A stretch of 64,000 nt of DNA from Atractiella rhizophila (GCA_021432655.1 MU271321.1:1-64000), one strand, 5' to 3'; counted from the stretch's first letter, positions 1 through 13,549 are shown. Notes: a model not told the origin generated them from the letters alone. A program made the numbers and translations.

Positions 1-215
1 TGGATGAAAAGTTCGATCGTCTCTACTCCAAACGAGCTTTCGTACACTGGTACGTTGGAGAGGGTATGGAAGAGGGAGAGTTTGGAGAGGCCCGTGAAGA
101 TCTTGCTGCCCTAGAGAAAGGTATGTCCCCCAGTGGCACCGCACACATACAATATTCTGAAGCGAGAATAGATTACGAAGAAGTGGCGGCGGAAGTGGAG
201 GAGAAAGAGTACTAG
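1..215 (+). CDS. alpha-tubulin, 3' end (gene starts upstream of window)
   Basis: Frame from base 3 reads [39 protein letters not shown]. After intron 121-171 (GTATGT..TAG) it continues [18 protein letters not shown] (TAG 213-215). [13 protein letters not shown] and the terminal Tyr are alpha-tubulin hallmarks. Confidence 0.95.
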   Translation, partial: DEKFDRLYSKRAFVHWYVGEGMEEGEFGEAREDLAALEKGMSPSGTAHIQYSEARIDYEEVAAEVEEKEY

Positions 216-329
216 GGTAGGCGTTCTGACATATCTTATCTTTGTACAAGTAGAGGCCGGAATTATTTTGGATTGTATTTCCTACCAAGTATCTACAGTA
301 ATGTAAATTCTCTCATTACGTCTACCGTC

Positions 330-1618
330 TTAGAACTAGTTCGGCATCAATCAGTTTCAATCAGTGCGATGAACATGAGCCCAGAACGAACCTTGTAGAC
401 CTGTTCTTCAGTATAACCCAGCTCTTTTAAGATTCCTTTCAGTTCGCCCTGATCTTGAGGACTCTTCTTGTTCCCAGAGATGTGTTCCACTAAAGGCTCG
501 TATAAGCTTTAGCTGACGGGACACGGCAGGCAAAAACATACTTTGGGCTGGGGGACCACAAACGAATATTTTGATGTTTTCTCCCTGCTGAGGACCAGGG
601 AGGAAGCTCTTCAGAAGATCCTTTGTAATGAAACCTGAAGGTCCGCCCCATCGTTGAGGAGGCTCGTCGAGAGTGAAGACGACATTGAACTGATCTGGTT
701 TCCGCTTCACCAAATCTTCGAATTCTCCTCGCAACAAGATGTCCCGTTCTTCGCGATTGGAAAAAATGAGGAGCGCTTGAGTTTTGTCTGCAGGATTGGC
801 GTCAATGGTCTGCAAGATCTGGAACATCGGTGTGATGCCAGATCCTCCAGCGATCATGGCGATTTTCTGCCTTCCGCATGAGCGAGAAGTTTCCACATGA
901 CGAGGATCAGCTTACCGTGAATTTGTTGGGTTCGTAAGGGAACTTGGGAAAGTGTCCCTTCATCTTGAGCGTTTCTCCAGGTCGTAGGTTGTGGATATGC
1001 TTCGACACCTTCCCTTGGTCATATCGCTTGATCATCAGCTCGATCCTATCACTGAAGTAAGGCGCCGTGATGGGAGTGTACGGTCGGACGATTGGCTTGT
1101 TGGGATCCTTGCCCGGTGCTCCGACCATGAGGCACGATGCGGTGGGCAAGTCGATGTAGGTGTGAGCAGGGATGGAGAAGGTGAAGATCGCAGTGTTGTG
1201 GTTGTAATCCTTCGCCGAACTCAGGCAAATTCTATAACAGAACAGAATGACCTACCTGCTTCCGCTCCAAGACAAACTCATGCCATTCATCCTTGCTCAG
1301 GGCGTTCTCAAGCACTCTCTTCTTTCCAAACATCTCCAACACCTTGGTCTCAAATCGACGATAGGTAGTGTCTCCAGGTTTGTCATGTTCCATATACCAG
1401 ACGATTCCGAACCCAAGCGCGAGACCGCCGAGAATGTGAGGGAAGCCACCGAAGAGGTACCTTTGCGTTTTTGAGGGTCCAGATGGATTTGGGACATTGG
1501 AGACGGGTTCGGATAGTGAGCGTAGAGACGGTTGGAATGCGCGACGCGTCGTGCTGGAGAAGGCACGAGATGGGAGCGTTGGCAGGAGGAGTGTGGTAAG
1601 GAAGCGTGACTTGTTCAT
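330..1618 (-). CDS. MCR1: NADH-cytochrome b5 reductase, mitochondrial MCR1-like, multi-exon
   Basis: Arg/Ser-rich presequence and TM segment; FAD motif VRPYTPI; NADH motif [21 protein letters not shown]-terminus [15 protein letters not shown](intron)F-stop at 330-332. Confidence 0.88.
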
Positions 1619-2892
1619 CTGGAGAGCCGGTATCAGCGTGTAAAGTAAGGTCGTGGGCTCGGTAGAACAGCCCCTGGCTCTAGCAAAGGGAAGGAAGCAT
1701 CACGATATTTCGTAAATGGTCAGGAGATTGTGGGTGATATCTCGTTGCCTGGCCCCTCGTCGCACAAAAAAGCGGTGGGTGTGATAGCTGCGAGAGGTAG
1801 TAAACGACTCTTAATGCAATTCATAGCTTACGCCACGAATTCTAGCTTACTCATCCTAAGTAATATTTGGCCCCTTCAATTCTGAGGGAAGGAAAGTAAA
1901 GCGGCGACATCCGACAAGTGCCGGACAAATAACAAGATTGCACCGCTTTAAAGGAGTTGGAAGGGAATAAATAGAGCGGTATCAAGTAAAGTAAACTTCT
2001 TCTCGGCTCATCTGCTCCGTCCCTTCACTATGCGGAGCGGGATATGATAGAGCTAGGGGAACAAGTGACGCGCTAACAACTAAAGTGATTCGTGGATTCG
2101 CTTTTCTCAATCCTTTAAAACTTTGGTGTATTTATGCAAGTTGGTGGCTCTCTGTACCCACATCGCATCCCTCAACACATTCCGAGGTAGTATACAGCAC
2201 ACGGGGAAAGACAGAAACACCAAGTCGAACAGGGACTCAAAACAGAATGGAATTCTCTTTCCATAACAGCCGAGGACTAACACGTCTCTCTTAGACGATA
2301 AAAGGCGCTCTGTCAAGTGAAGCGATCCATCTTCCATCATTTTGTTTGAAGAAACACCATGCTCTACCTCCAGACCCAGACCCAGACAAACTGAGACGAA
2401 AAAAGCCGTACCTTACTCTATTCCCACTTTTCCCGTCAATGGGATAAATAGTATAATCTACGCTTTTCTTTCTTTCTTCCTTCCGTTTGAAAGGGTCGTC
2501 GTTTTCAGGTTGCGTTATGACGCAACATCTCTAATACCATTCGCGTTCCCGAAACTCAGAGGAAATACTCTCATCTCAGGTTGAGCTTGAGAAAGCCAAT
2601 GATGAACCTACCTCGTGTTCTTCCTCACAAAGAACATAAATGTAGCGTTACAGGGGAGGCTGAATTCATATGACACTAGGCGCAAAATACCAGTCGGAGC
2701 AGAAGAGGATATAATGATGAGCTCGTTCCTTCCCATTCGTGGCCAATCCACAAATCCCACTGACTGATGTGCTAGGCGTCCTTAAGACATCTAGCGCCCC
2801 GAGCCAACGACAGCCACATCCCACTTTCCGCCTATGCACCATACCCAACTGACTGCAGAGAGCACTTCGCCGAATCAACTCCCATATTGAAG

Positions 2893-3303
2893 CTAAAGAA
2901 TCCTCTCCCTCCCCCTTCCCCTCCGTGCTCGCCCTCGTTTAACCAATACGACACCCATGCCGAAGCCCACAGCACCAAAGAGTATGCAGACGGCGAGCGC
3001 TGGTAATCGGATCGCCCATTCCCTCGCTGGGAAGTATGCGAGGAGCGCTGCGTCCTCTGGGAGAAAGGGCTGTCAGAAGTCCTTTGATCAGCTCTATTGC
3101 GCATAGGACAGGATAGAGAGACGCAAAGAGTAAGCGAGTAAGCGAGAGCACTCACGGAAAATAAAGCCCAGATGGTATAATAGGTGAATATGACACCTGA
3201 GAGCCCTAGAAGAGCGAGTCCAAATGCTTTATCCTATGCGACCAACATTCATCATGCTTCTCAGTAAAGGCAAGCAGAACAGCAGAAAACTCACAGTTGA
3301 CAT
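2893..3303 (-). CDS. DPM2: dolichol-phosphate mannosyltransferase regulatory subunit DPM2, three exons
   Basis: Manual splicing (two GTGAGT donors; TAG and CAG acceptors) gives MST|DKAFGLALLGLSGVIFTYYTIWALFS|PFLPEDAALLAYFPAREWAIRLPALAVCILFGAVGFGMGVVLVKRGRARRGRGRERIL*. It has the DPM2 motifs FTYYTIW and YFPxREWAIRxP and two TM helices. Not in the ORF track. Confidence 0.9.
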
Positions 3304-4226
3304 TTCTGCTGTTGTTATCACGTGTCATAAAGATTAGCAGACCAGAGAATGACTAGACACCAACTGCGCACCTCCCTTAAACCAGCGAAGTCAACATCAA
3401 GTCATCTCATCAAGCGAGAGTCTTTGCAGGTGTTGGTCAACAACAATCAAGGAGAATATAGCGCATTTCAGTTATTTGATAGTGGATAGGGACGTTGCCC
3501 AAAAAGAAAGGGGAGACGAGAGGAACGTGAGTAACTCTTTGTCTTGTAGGGGAAAAGGGATGCTGGGGTATGTTGTTTTGCCTCACAGCGAGGAGTATCT
3601 GATTTCCCTCTGTGCATCATGCTTATTTGAAGCTCTTGTAAATGCAAACGGCTTCTATGCACATGCACATCAATCAGCAATGCAATCTGCAAAGCCAGCT
3701 TGCTGGATTTTTAATTTGTGCCAGGTACTCTCGAAGCTCCTAAATTCGGCCGTGGTAGAAGAAATTATTCTATATGTGATTGTTACGCGGCCAGTTTGGA
3801 AGCACCATACTTCTTTGACTACTTGAGCACTTTGTAGACTTAAGTAAAACAATAGGGAAGCATTAATTTGAGAAAGATTGACTTTAAAATACGTCTCCTT
3901 GCTCGATTTTGAAACATTGCGCCAAATTTATTTCAGGTTCACACCTAGCCCAAAGCAATCACAGAAGTACGTCGGGTTCAGCACGAACACGATCGGAATC
4001 AAGTATTTGCTTTTGTTTGTTCGAAGATTGGGTTGAGATTTTGTTTTGCCCTTCCTTTCTCCGCACAATCAGTCTAGGGCTTAATGGCACTTTATATGTT
4101 TTGAAGAAGAATATAAGCATATCTTGGTGGACTTTGCACTTTTTTTCGCCCTTTTTGCTTCCTTCAATCCTCCTCGCATCCCCTCAGTTGGACAGAGTGC
4201 TCACGTTCTCATAACAGTACATTTAT

Positions 4227-6488
4227 ATGATCGCCATGTCCGTTCCTTCGTCTTGCACGTCCGAACGCCAAAAGGATCAAGAAATCTCTCCCGCACCGTC
4301 TCTTTCCTCCGTCCAAGAAATGAGAACACTTTCTACAAAGCCAACCTCGACATCCACATCCATCCTTTCACCGTCCGGCAAAGCCACACTGCCTCCTGCA
4401 AAGCATGAAGAGGGCGATCAACAGCACTACTTCTTATCGCTTTCCCTCTACGACCTATCCCTTCTTTCCACCCGCGCCGCTTCCTCTTCTTCCAAACCAA
4501 ATGGACCATCCTCGTCTCAGAAGAGAAACCATTCTCTAGTCCTCCTCCCCCGTCATTCAAACCTCAACCTCCGACTCGTCTCGCACATTTCTCCTCCCGT
4601 CCGCTCCGCCTCCTCGCTCACAAAATATCTCTCCCATCCCATCGTGTTCGGTTGGGATGCCGAAAATCTGCGTTCCATTGATGAAAAGTGCAAGAAATGG
4701 TGGGAACGAGACGAGTTGGAGGAAGAAGGCGACGAGGAGAGGGCTCAAAGTAGTGGTTGGAGGGAGTGGGGGACTCGTAAGGGCCCGGTGGAGAAAGATT
4801 CCGGCAAGGGATGGAAGAAAGAGCGGACAAGGAAGGAGGTGGGATTGAAGGCGGTTAATTGGGAGGAGGTAGGTTCTTCCTTCTCCAATTCGGCGCCAAC
4901 ATTAAGGAAGAGGAGAAGATACTGATCTTTTTTGGGTTTGTTCGGCGGGGGATAGGAGTTTCAGAAAGAACCAGAGGAGCAGATCGTGACTGTTGTCAGA
5001 AGGAAGAAGAAGCGGCCAGTCGTCGTCCCGGATGAGGAGATGGAGGTGGAGACCCTCCTTATTTCACCATATCGCTCTTCAAACGCTCCTCGCCAACCAG
5101 CTACAAAAAGGAGAAAGCTCAATCGCAGTTCCGCGCGACCAAGTGATGAAGAGGAGACAGGGGAAGAGAACAGGTTGTCACCAAGGAAGAGGAGGAGGAG
5201 AGAAGAAACGGGGGAGTGGGGGGAGGTAGAGCTGTTCTATTATCCGCGATCTGGCGGTCGTCCTCTATCAGGAGAGGAAGGCGAAAGCGAGGACGACTCA
5301 AGTCAGAAAAAGAGGAGGCGCAAGAGCTCGAAAGCTAAGGAGAGCGAGGGGTATGTACAGTTGCAGAAGCGGCTGCACCGTAAGAGGAAGATGGTGGTGA
5401 TGGAGGATGAAGGAGAAGAAGGGGATAAGAGGAGAGAGAAAGGAAGTAGGAAGAGGCAGCAGGTGCGCTGTGAGCCTCTATTGAGGATGATTGTTGATGG
5501 CAATGAAATGACTAGGGAGACGCCGAAGGAGCTTCGCTGCCGACAAATCCATGCGCTGTAGTTTTTACCCTCCCAGATGGAACAGACTACGAGGTGGGTC
5601 CAATCTCGACTACCCGAATACGGGCTATTCCCCATTAACTGCCCGATGGAACAGACGTCCATCAACTACCCCACGAAGACTTGCCACGGCTGTGCTACTA
5701 AGACGAACATTCCCAAGTTGATCTGTCCCCTCTGCACTGCCCGCTTCTGCATCAGGTGTATGGCGAGAAAGCACGAGCCCTGGTATGTTTCAGATATGCT
5801 TACCGCAGCCGTGGAGAGCGTGAAGAAGAAGAAGGAGGACGCGACATGGATTCTCTGGCGCAGTCAAGGGGGATGTATGAAATGTGCAGGGGTATGTATA
5901 TGCGCGAAATGCAGGACGAAGAGGGGGGAGGAGACAGTTGCCGATCGTTGCAGAGGCCAAAGAGGGAAGGCCAAGGCCAAAGGAAAGGAGCCGGAGAGGC
6001 AGTCCACTACATCCTCTTCTTCGACAGTCAACCAGTATAGGAGCGTAAACGGCAGAATCAAGGCACGCGTCATACATGTCCATCGACCGGGTGCTGTACT
6101 GCCTTCTCGCGCCCGCTACTCACCCTCAAAACATCCAGCAAACCAAAACCCCCTCCCTGCAGAAGCGAGATACATTGATCCCTACGCAACCACCTATGCT
6201 TCATCACCTGCGTCTTCCTTTGGCGACGATCATGACAACTATCCTGTAATTAGTGATGGCACCGTCGATGTCCCTAGCTTTGCACAGTTCCTCTATGATC
6301 AGAATATGACCGCTAGTATTACAATCGGGAATGGCATAGATGGAGTCGGGACTGAAGTTGGAGAGATGGAATTGTTTGATCTGGTGAACGGGACGATGAG
6401 GATGGAAGGACAGGACATCGCCGTCTCCAATTGGGTAGGAGGCATCGATCCGAAGCGGTTAGATGGAAGATCAGGATGGGCTGGATGA
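4227..6488 (+). CDS. nuclear protein with zf-4CXXC_R1 (CDCA7/R1-type) zinc finger, multi-exon
   Basis: Three introns (~4868-4957, from ~5463, from ~5594) join the ORFs in frame. Lys/Arg-rich NLS-like tracts. TCHGC..ICPLC..RFCIRC..W..CMKCAGVCICAKCR matches the 4CXXC_R1 cysteine pattern. Confidence 0.72.
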
Positions 6489-6631
6489 TTTGTAATTTGT
6501 TACTTTACGGAGCATCGGATGTGCTACCAACAGCTTCGGGTTTCTGCTTCTTCAATATGAAGTTCTTGATTATTTGTGCAATGTGTGTAGAATACTGTGC
6601 AACACGATGGTTCTATCCCAAGTATTGCTAT

Positions 6632-8782
6632 TCACAGTTTCCACTCCCGCTCACCGTCCATGGTGACCTCCGTATAAGCGGCTCGATGGCAAGTGACCGT
6701 AATCTACTTGACAATGAAGACTCGTTCTGCATGACCAGGCCATGAGAAAACGCACCTCTCCCTTAAACATGCAAGCGGTATCCGTTCCTTCTACCAAATC
6801 CTCTTTCGGCGGATGTATAAGCCAATCTATATCTGGTCTAAATTCAAACTTCAACCCCTTCTCCTCGTCCCCTTTCCCCTTGGTCTCTAGAGGTTCTGTA
6901 TCTCCTTCAGCATCAATAGTTCTCTCCTTTACTTCCCGCTTGAACAGCCGTCCATAGAACTGCTGATCTACCTTCGCCCAAACAACCTTCGGATCCTTTG
7001 TGATAGCTTCCACCAACTATTTAACTTCAAAGAAAGAACCCCCCGGGTGACAGAAACATCCACGCACAGGAATGTTAACGCTGTAGCACCTTGCGCGATC
7101 GTGCTCTGGGAAGCCCGTTTCCCACAGCCTCCAGATGATCTTGCACGCTATTTCATTCGCAGCAGCGACATACTCAGGGCGGATTGGCCGTCCGAAGATC
7201 CCATAAGACACTGCAATAGACGGCACGCGGCACAGGTTGGCGGAAAGGGCTGAACCCAGAGTTGCGCTGAGTGGGTATCAGTTGTATTTCGATCAGTCTC
7301 TTCACCACTTGAGCCCAGCCTGTGATTTTTCAAAAATAGAAATGGAAGACCTTGTCACACGGTTTGCTCGCCTCAAACACCAACAAAGTAGTGAGGAAGC
7401 GTTAGCGGATCATGAGAGGTTCACACGCTCCTTGCGCAATTTCCTGGTCCTTTATCTGCCAACGCTGCATGTCAAAGGGTGATTAACGACGACATAACTA
7501 AGGTCTCCCTCACGGACAGGTTTGGACTGTGCACTGAGCAGCCTAAGAAAGAACATCCATTAAAACACCTTTCATGAGAATAAAGTTCAACTGCATTCGC
7601 TGGCACGATATTGCGTTCCTTTCTTCAGTCCACATGTGATAACTGGATTCCCCTGCCTCTCTTGCGTCTACTCTTGGACACTTGTCCGTTGAGAAATCAT
7701 GGTGTAAGGTGAAACTCCATTGCTCGGGCAACAACCAAGGTAGGGGATGATAATCCATCGGTGTATCAAAACACGCTTTCTGATATCTTAGAATTCTCAA
7801 GAGGCACCTCACCTCATAAAATTGTCCATAATCAATCTTAGGTCAGATCACCCTACGATAATTTATGTACCCCTGAGCATGAAATACCTCTGTTCGCAGG
7901 GTAGTAATGAATTCAACCTGCTTCCCATGACTTTTCACTCGCACCATAAACTGGCAGGGCAGAAGAACTACCTAAGAAATCACCCATCTGCCTGTCAGAA
8001 GCGAGGTCGGCATCTCAGCAACCAAAGGAGACGAAGATGCCACGCTCTGAGTGAAGCATTTTGACATGAAAAGCTCCTACGGCCAAAGAGTGATGGTGGT
8101 TTCATTTACAAATCTTAAGACAAGAGGGACATAATGGGATGTTCTCAACGTCTAATGATACCGCCAAAGATGGCATCGTACTCATGTGAAGGCCACCTCT
8201 CAGAAGCAAAGATATGCAGCTTCCTTGGCAGAAAATGCATAGTCCATCCATACACCAAACACCAATCAGAAAACGAGGCACTCGTTGCCTTGACATTCCA
8301 CAACAAAGAGTGTGCGGATAAGAAGAGAAGGCAGAATGCCACTCGCACCGTCGATGGAAAAGGGCTACTGACCTAGCACCCTCAAAAGCCGTTCCCGTAT
8401 TCCTCCCAAAATTCGGTCCAGTAACGACCAAATCCACTTTCTCCTCGCTGCCCCAAATATCCTCCGCATTCCACAGACCCAAATTCACACAGCTGCTCGG
8501 GCTCCCATCGACGAGCACGAGTTCCTCTTCCCATTCCTCTTTCGTCCGCCGGAGCAGAGAGGGTTCAATGGACGGCGGATACAAGTAGCTGATAGATAGA
8601 GGGGTGGAGACGGTGAATCCGTTGCCGCCCCAGCTGCACTGGGTTGATGGTATGATGGTGCGCACTTTGACTTCGCCTTTTGCCTTGGATATGAGGGAGG
8701 TGCGGAGGGACGAAAGGAATGAGAGCAGAAAAGGGGAGGAGGCGGAGGGAGGGCCGTCGTCGTTCGAGAGGAGGAGGAGCAT
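6632..8782 (-). CDS. SurE-family 5'/3'-nucleotidase/acid phosphatase-like protein, four exons
   Basis: N-terminal LSNDDGP, DGSPSSC, TGPNFGRNTG, PSIAVSY, YSVNIP, EGTD. Exon 1 (GTAFEGA) joins exon 2 (SATLGSAL) in register across intron 7267-8372. Confidence 0.85.
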
Positions 8783-9522
8783 CGTTCTACCTGTCTTACT
8801 ATGTCTACTTTGAAGAGTTGCCAGCGAAGTGTCCGTCGATCGATCACAGTCGATCATTGCGGGTATACCTGTTGTCTACCTTGAGCTTCAAAGCTTAAGC
8901 CCCAAAGCTCGGTTGGGCCCCCTTAGGTATTACTTCAGGCATCCTTTTCGCCGAGAACGATTTCAACTTAAACATATTGGGACCGTTACTGTAGTGTCGG
9001 GCACTTCTACATCTCTAGCTGAAAGCTTGACGAAGGCACTTGAGCGAGCTCAGACTACCAGAGCCATGCTGGTCATTTCACGAGAGCACAATTTTAACTG
9101 GCCTGTCTTGCAGTTGCGCTCATTGACTTGAAGCTCCAGATTATGAAAGAAGTGGCAGTGAGCTTGAGCGCTCGAGGGTTCCGATTTAATTGTGTTTAAT
9201 GACTGCTCAACGTTCAATATATACCGGCTCGATTCCAAATTAGCCAATGCTTGCCCCTGCTACTGTAAAATTGGCGACCGCAGACAATGTTGGAATCATT
9301 CTTGAACCGAGCTATGACTGTTGCCAGCATTTCTGTTTTCAGCCAAGGCGAGGTAGGAGTCGTGTCCACATCCCGGTAAGGACAGTCGTATACAAAGACG
9401 GGCCCCGCTATGAGGCGAGTAGGTCGGAGTAGAGCATTTGTGGATGACAGTTATAAAAAGTGGCACAACCACCTCTCTCGAAAAAGCAGTTGATCACTGC
9501 AGAAGAAGTCTTAACCTGTCAA

Positions 9523-10542
9523 AATGGCAACAGCTCTGCACTACAAGATAGAACAGGTACTTCTCCCCTCTTCCACTCCCTCAGGTATGTTTCTCTTCGA
9601 TCCCATCCCTTCATGTGTTCACCAGGGGAACAGACCACCCCCTTCTATCCTCCATCACTCGAACCCTTACATCCGCCTTCCTGCCTGATCCTACCATAGC
9701 GCCCATCATGGGCGGAAGTCCCGAGTTGGTCGCGTTGGAACTAGAGACGGAGGTGCGATGTGGTCTGGAGAGTGGAGAGGTGTGGATTGTTCGTGGCGGT
9801 GATGCCGTGAATGGAGAAGAAGACGGTCCTTTTTGGACCCGGGAACATCTGGCTTCATGAGTACGTATGCTATTATCTAAGTCCTCCATCTAGAGAGGAA
9901 TATGAAGATAATGTGGTGGGATGGAAACAGTGAGCGGCAGATGCACCTATTCAAACCGTACGCTGACAAATTACAAGAGTCAAACCCTACCATTCTCCAT
10001 TGGATATCAACAGTGGTGATTATCCTGCTCCTCTCTTTCTCCTCATGATATTTGGCTGACACTCTGGTGAAATCACAGATGGAGCCTTCAATCCGTCGAT
10101 TTGGCGAGAAAGACCTACCGAAGAACTATGCGCTTGATCATTGGTATATCAAGTGTTTAGGCACGCATCCGGCCCACCAGGGAAAAGGAATTGGTGCCAT
10201 ACTTGTGAGACTGGCGATTACTAAGGTCAGCTCTATTTCTGCACGTCCCATGCGCTGTTGTACTAGCGATCCTGACTTGGTTTGGTGGCTGCGAAGGCAA
10301 GAGAGGACCACTTGGACTTATACCTCCTCACCATCCATCCATGGCAGGTGTGCTCTCCTCGAATTCACTTTAAACTCAGAAGATGATGCATGGATATGGG
10401 ATAGGTCGAAGCATACGAGAAGATGGGTCTTGCGTGTTTAAAGCGAGAGAAGATAGAACCTCCGGCTGAATTGCATGAGATGCACCTCGCCGTGCTGAAA
10501 TACCACCCTAGAACTTCTGTTGTCAGATCTGCCGCTGTATAA
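9523..10542 (+). CDS. GNAT-family N-acetyltransferase, multi-exon
   Basis: HWYIKCLGTHPAHQGKGIGAILVR carries the acetyl-CoA-binding QxxGxG motif A; C-terminal AYEKMG. Exon edges approximate. Confidence 0.8.
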
Positions 10543-11190
10543 AATTGTAATGTAGTACTGATTTTCTACTGACTCACACAAGTTGCTCACTGATAAGTCC
10601 TTGACAGGAAAATAGAATTTGGTCAATGCATCCGATTCCCCCACCCTGTGCTGCTCCCTGAAGGAAAAACAGTCTCGTTCCCTCCAAGACCGCCCCACAT
10701 CACTCCTCAAAGGGAACGAAGCCAAGTGATGCTCTTTGAGGAGTGGAATTGCTGTTGTTCCCGAATTTCCTGGCCTTCCGAGTTCATCACGATAGGAAGG
10801 ACGTGTCACGGACAAGCAGTCCTGCTCCGTTAGTTCCAGAATGGGGAACATTTTCTGTTCGCCCTCTAAACTCTGTCATAACTGACTTGGATAGTCCGCC
10901 TCTCGCCAATTCGTCGCTGATGGAATGAGTTCCCCACATTCAGCCCAACGATCTGGAACAGTGCACGGATGATCTTTTGGCAAAGATGACTTGGACAAAA
11001 GCACTTTAGGCTCAACCAAACTTTCCAATGTCTTGGCGATCATGGCACACCTTTGCTTAAAGCTCGTCCGAATATCACATCGTATCCCAAACCAGTCTCC
11101 TGCTCGCCAGCAGCTCTCAAGCAGCGTACCAGTCTCTCTGGCAAAAGCGGACACTGAGGGTTCAACTCCGACAACAGCAAACTAGCAAAG

Positions 11191-13549
11191 ATGTCTGCTC
11201 CAGGATGGGCTGCATGGCAGGTTTGTGACTCTGAAACTACCTATTGAGCTTTGCTGATGCTTCAATGCAATAGAACAACACCGATCCTAATTGGTGGAAG
11301 GATCCTGGTCTTCGCAAGAATGTCCTTGCTCTCTGCGTTTGCTTTGCAGGAGTTTACAGTGTAAGTTTCATTTTTGCAATATTAAACCCCAGGGCTCAGT
11401 TGTTTTAACCGATAGCTTGGTTACGACGGTGTACTTCTTACAGGGTTACAAGGAATTGCAAGTTGGCAGTCATTTTATGGTCGCCCAACTGGTCTGTCAC
11501 CTTCTTTCTCCCTAAAATGACTAAGCTCACATGGAGGTTTATAGGCACAACGCTCGGCCTGATATCTGCCTCCTACTTTTTCCCCAAGATAGTAGGCTCA
11601 CATATCCATCAGTTTCCGTATTCTAATACAATATGGGTAGATGCTTGCTCCGGTCCTTTGTGCTTGGGTCAGCGATAGATACGGTCGAAGGATTCCCATG
11701 TTCATTGGTGCTGCCCTCCTCGTCGCCGGCGCTTTTATCGGATGCTTTGCTAAAGGGAGGGGGATGTTGATTGGTTCGCGCATTGTGTTGGGTTTCGGAG
11801 TCCGTCTTCCTCTGTTCGGTCAACTTAAGTGTTGAGAGTCGAGCAGACATCTTGGTGCCTTATCAATGGGGCTCCTCTCACAACCGAGTTGGCTCATCCT
11901 AGGTGCATTTTTCTTGCACGTTTATTGCGAAAGCTAACTCAAAGTCAAGGTATCGTGCGAAAGCAACCGGTTACTTTTTCGCAGTCTTTTACGTCGGAGC
12001 CATCCTTGCGTTTGTTCTTTTCCTATTAACTGATCTCAGTTAACCTTTGGAGTAGAGGCTGGATTGTCTTTGCTATGAACTACTGGACACCCTCCGACCT
12101 CAACTGGCAATGGCGTCTCCCTAATTTGCTCCAGGGATTTGGCCCTATTCTCATCGTTCTTGGGATGCCTTTCGTGGATGAGTCTCCCCGATGGCTTGTG
12201 AAAGTGGGGAGGAAGGACGACGCGCATAGAATCTTAGCTAAACATCGTGCGCCGCTTTCTCTCCACCCTCACAGAACTTAGATGCTGACTTTAAGTGGAT
12301 CAGATTCAAACGGCAAGATGGATGATGAACTTGTGTTGAACGAGCTGAAAGAAATTGAAGAGTCCATCCGCATCGAGGAAGATGCGAAGGCCACATCCTG
12401 GTTGTCGTTCTTCGATGGTGAAGGAAACAGACGGCGCTTCCTCGTCATCTCCATTGTTACCCTCTGCTCGCAACTGAACGGGGTGGGGATCATTTCTTAC
12501 TATCTCGCACCTGTTCTTCGAGCATCTGGTATCACCGATCCGTAGGATTCCCATCTTTGTTTAGAATGCTGAACTTACGTGGGGTGAAGTGCACAAATCA
12601 CGGGTATCAACGCTGGACTCAACACGTGGAATCTTCTAGGGGCTTTCACTGGAGCCTCTCTCTCCGAAAGAGTAGGTTACTCCAAATGGTTCCGCAGATG
12701 TAGACTGAGACGCTCGTTTGTACTTGTAGCTCGGACGACGCAGACTCTTCTTGATTTCCTGCACAGGGATCCTGCTTATGTTCTCCATTCTGACTGGAGT
12801 AGCTGGATCGTATGTCAACCTTTCCTCCTTCAGGCTTAGATGATCCAACACCTCGTAAAGATACGCGCAGACTGGGAACAAAGCCACTGGTCTAGCGGTC
12901 ATTCCTATGATCTACCTTTTCTGTATGCTCCTCCCTCCCCCCCATGTATGCTTGCTGATGTCGCCATCGACACAGATTTCTGCTACGTGATTGCATTCAC
13001 CCCTCTCCCACCTCTTTACGTCTCAGAGATCTGTTCTACCCAACTGCGTATCAAGGCTATGGGTCTCCTCTCCACCTTTCAGTCTGTTGGCCTGGCGTTC
13101 TCTACCTTTGTCAACCCGATCGCTCTAGATGGTCCGTCTGATCTGCTTTGCATTGATCCAGAATTTGATGGCGACTGATTTGGCAGCCATCGCATGGAAA
13201 TATTATCTCGTTTACATCGGGGTCCAAGCAGTCTTCCTTGTCTTGCATTACATATTCGTGTGCGAAACTAAGTGCGCAGTCATTTTCTCGTTCCCTAACT
13301 TTCATGCTCATCGATGTTTCCATAAACAGGGGCATGACAGTGGAGGAGTCTTCTCGAATCTACGATATTCCAACGTTAGGTTTCAAGTTCTCGCCAACTG
13401 AACACGTCTCACGGCTCCGCATTGACGCCCAAACCACTTTTGTCGGAAATGGAGAGCTCAAGGATGACGACAACTATGATGCACGGTCAGAGAGCTTTGC
13501 CTCAAAAGATAAGGACGCTGGAAGCTTCAGCCATGAAGAGAAGGCATAA
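11191..13549 (+). CDS. MFS sugar porter (lactose permease/cellodextrin transporter-like), many short exons
   Basis: WWKDPGLRK, SDRYGRR, ELAHP..R, WQWRLP..LQG, DESPRWL, SQLNGVGIISYYL, YVSEI...LRIKA, VNPIAL, AWKYY, ET(K/R)GMTVEE. Confidence 0.92.

Noticed and set aside
2597..2768. Two ATGATGA..CTGA pairs resembling C/D snoRNAs
   Set aside because: Spans of only ~50-65 nt, no terminal stems, and no rRNA-complementary guide recognised.
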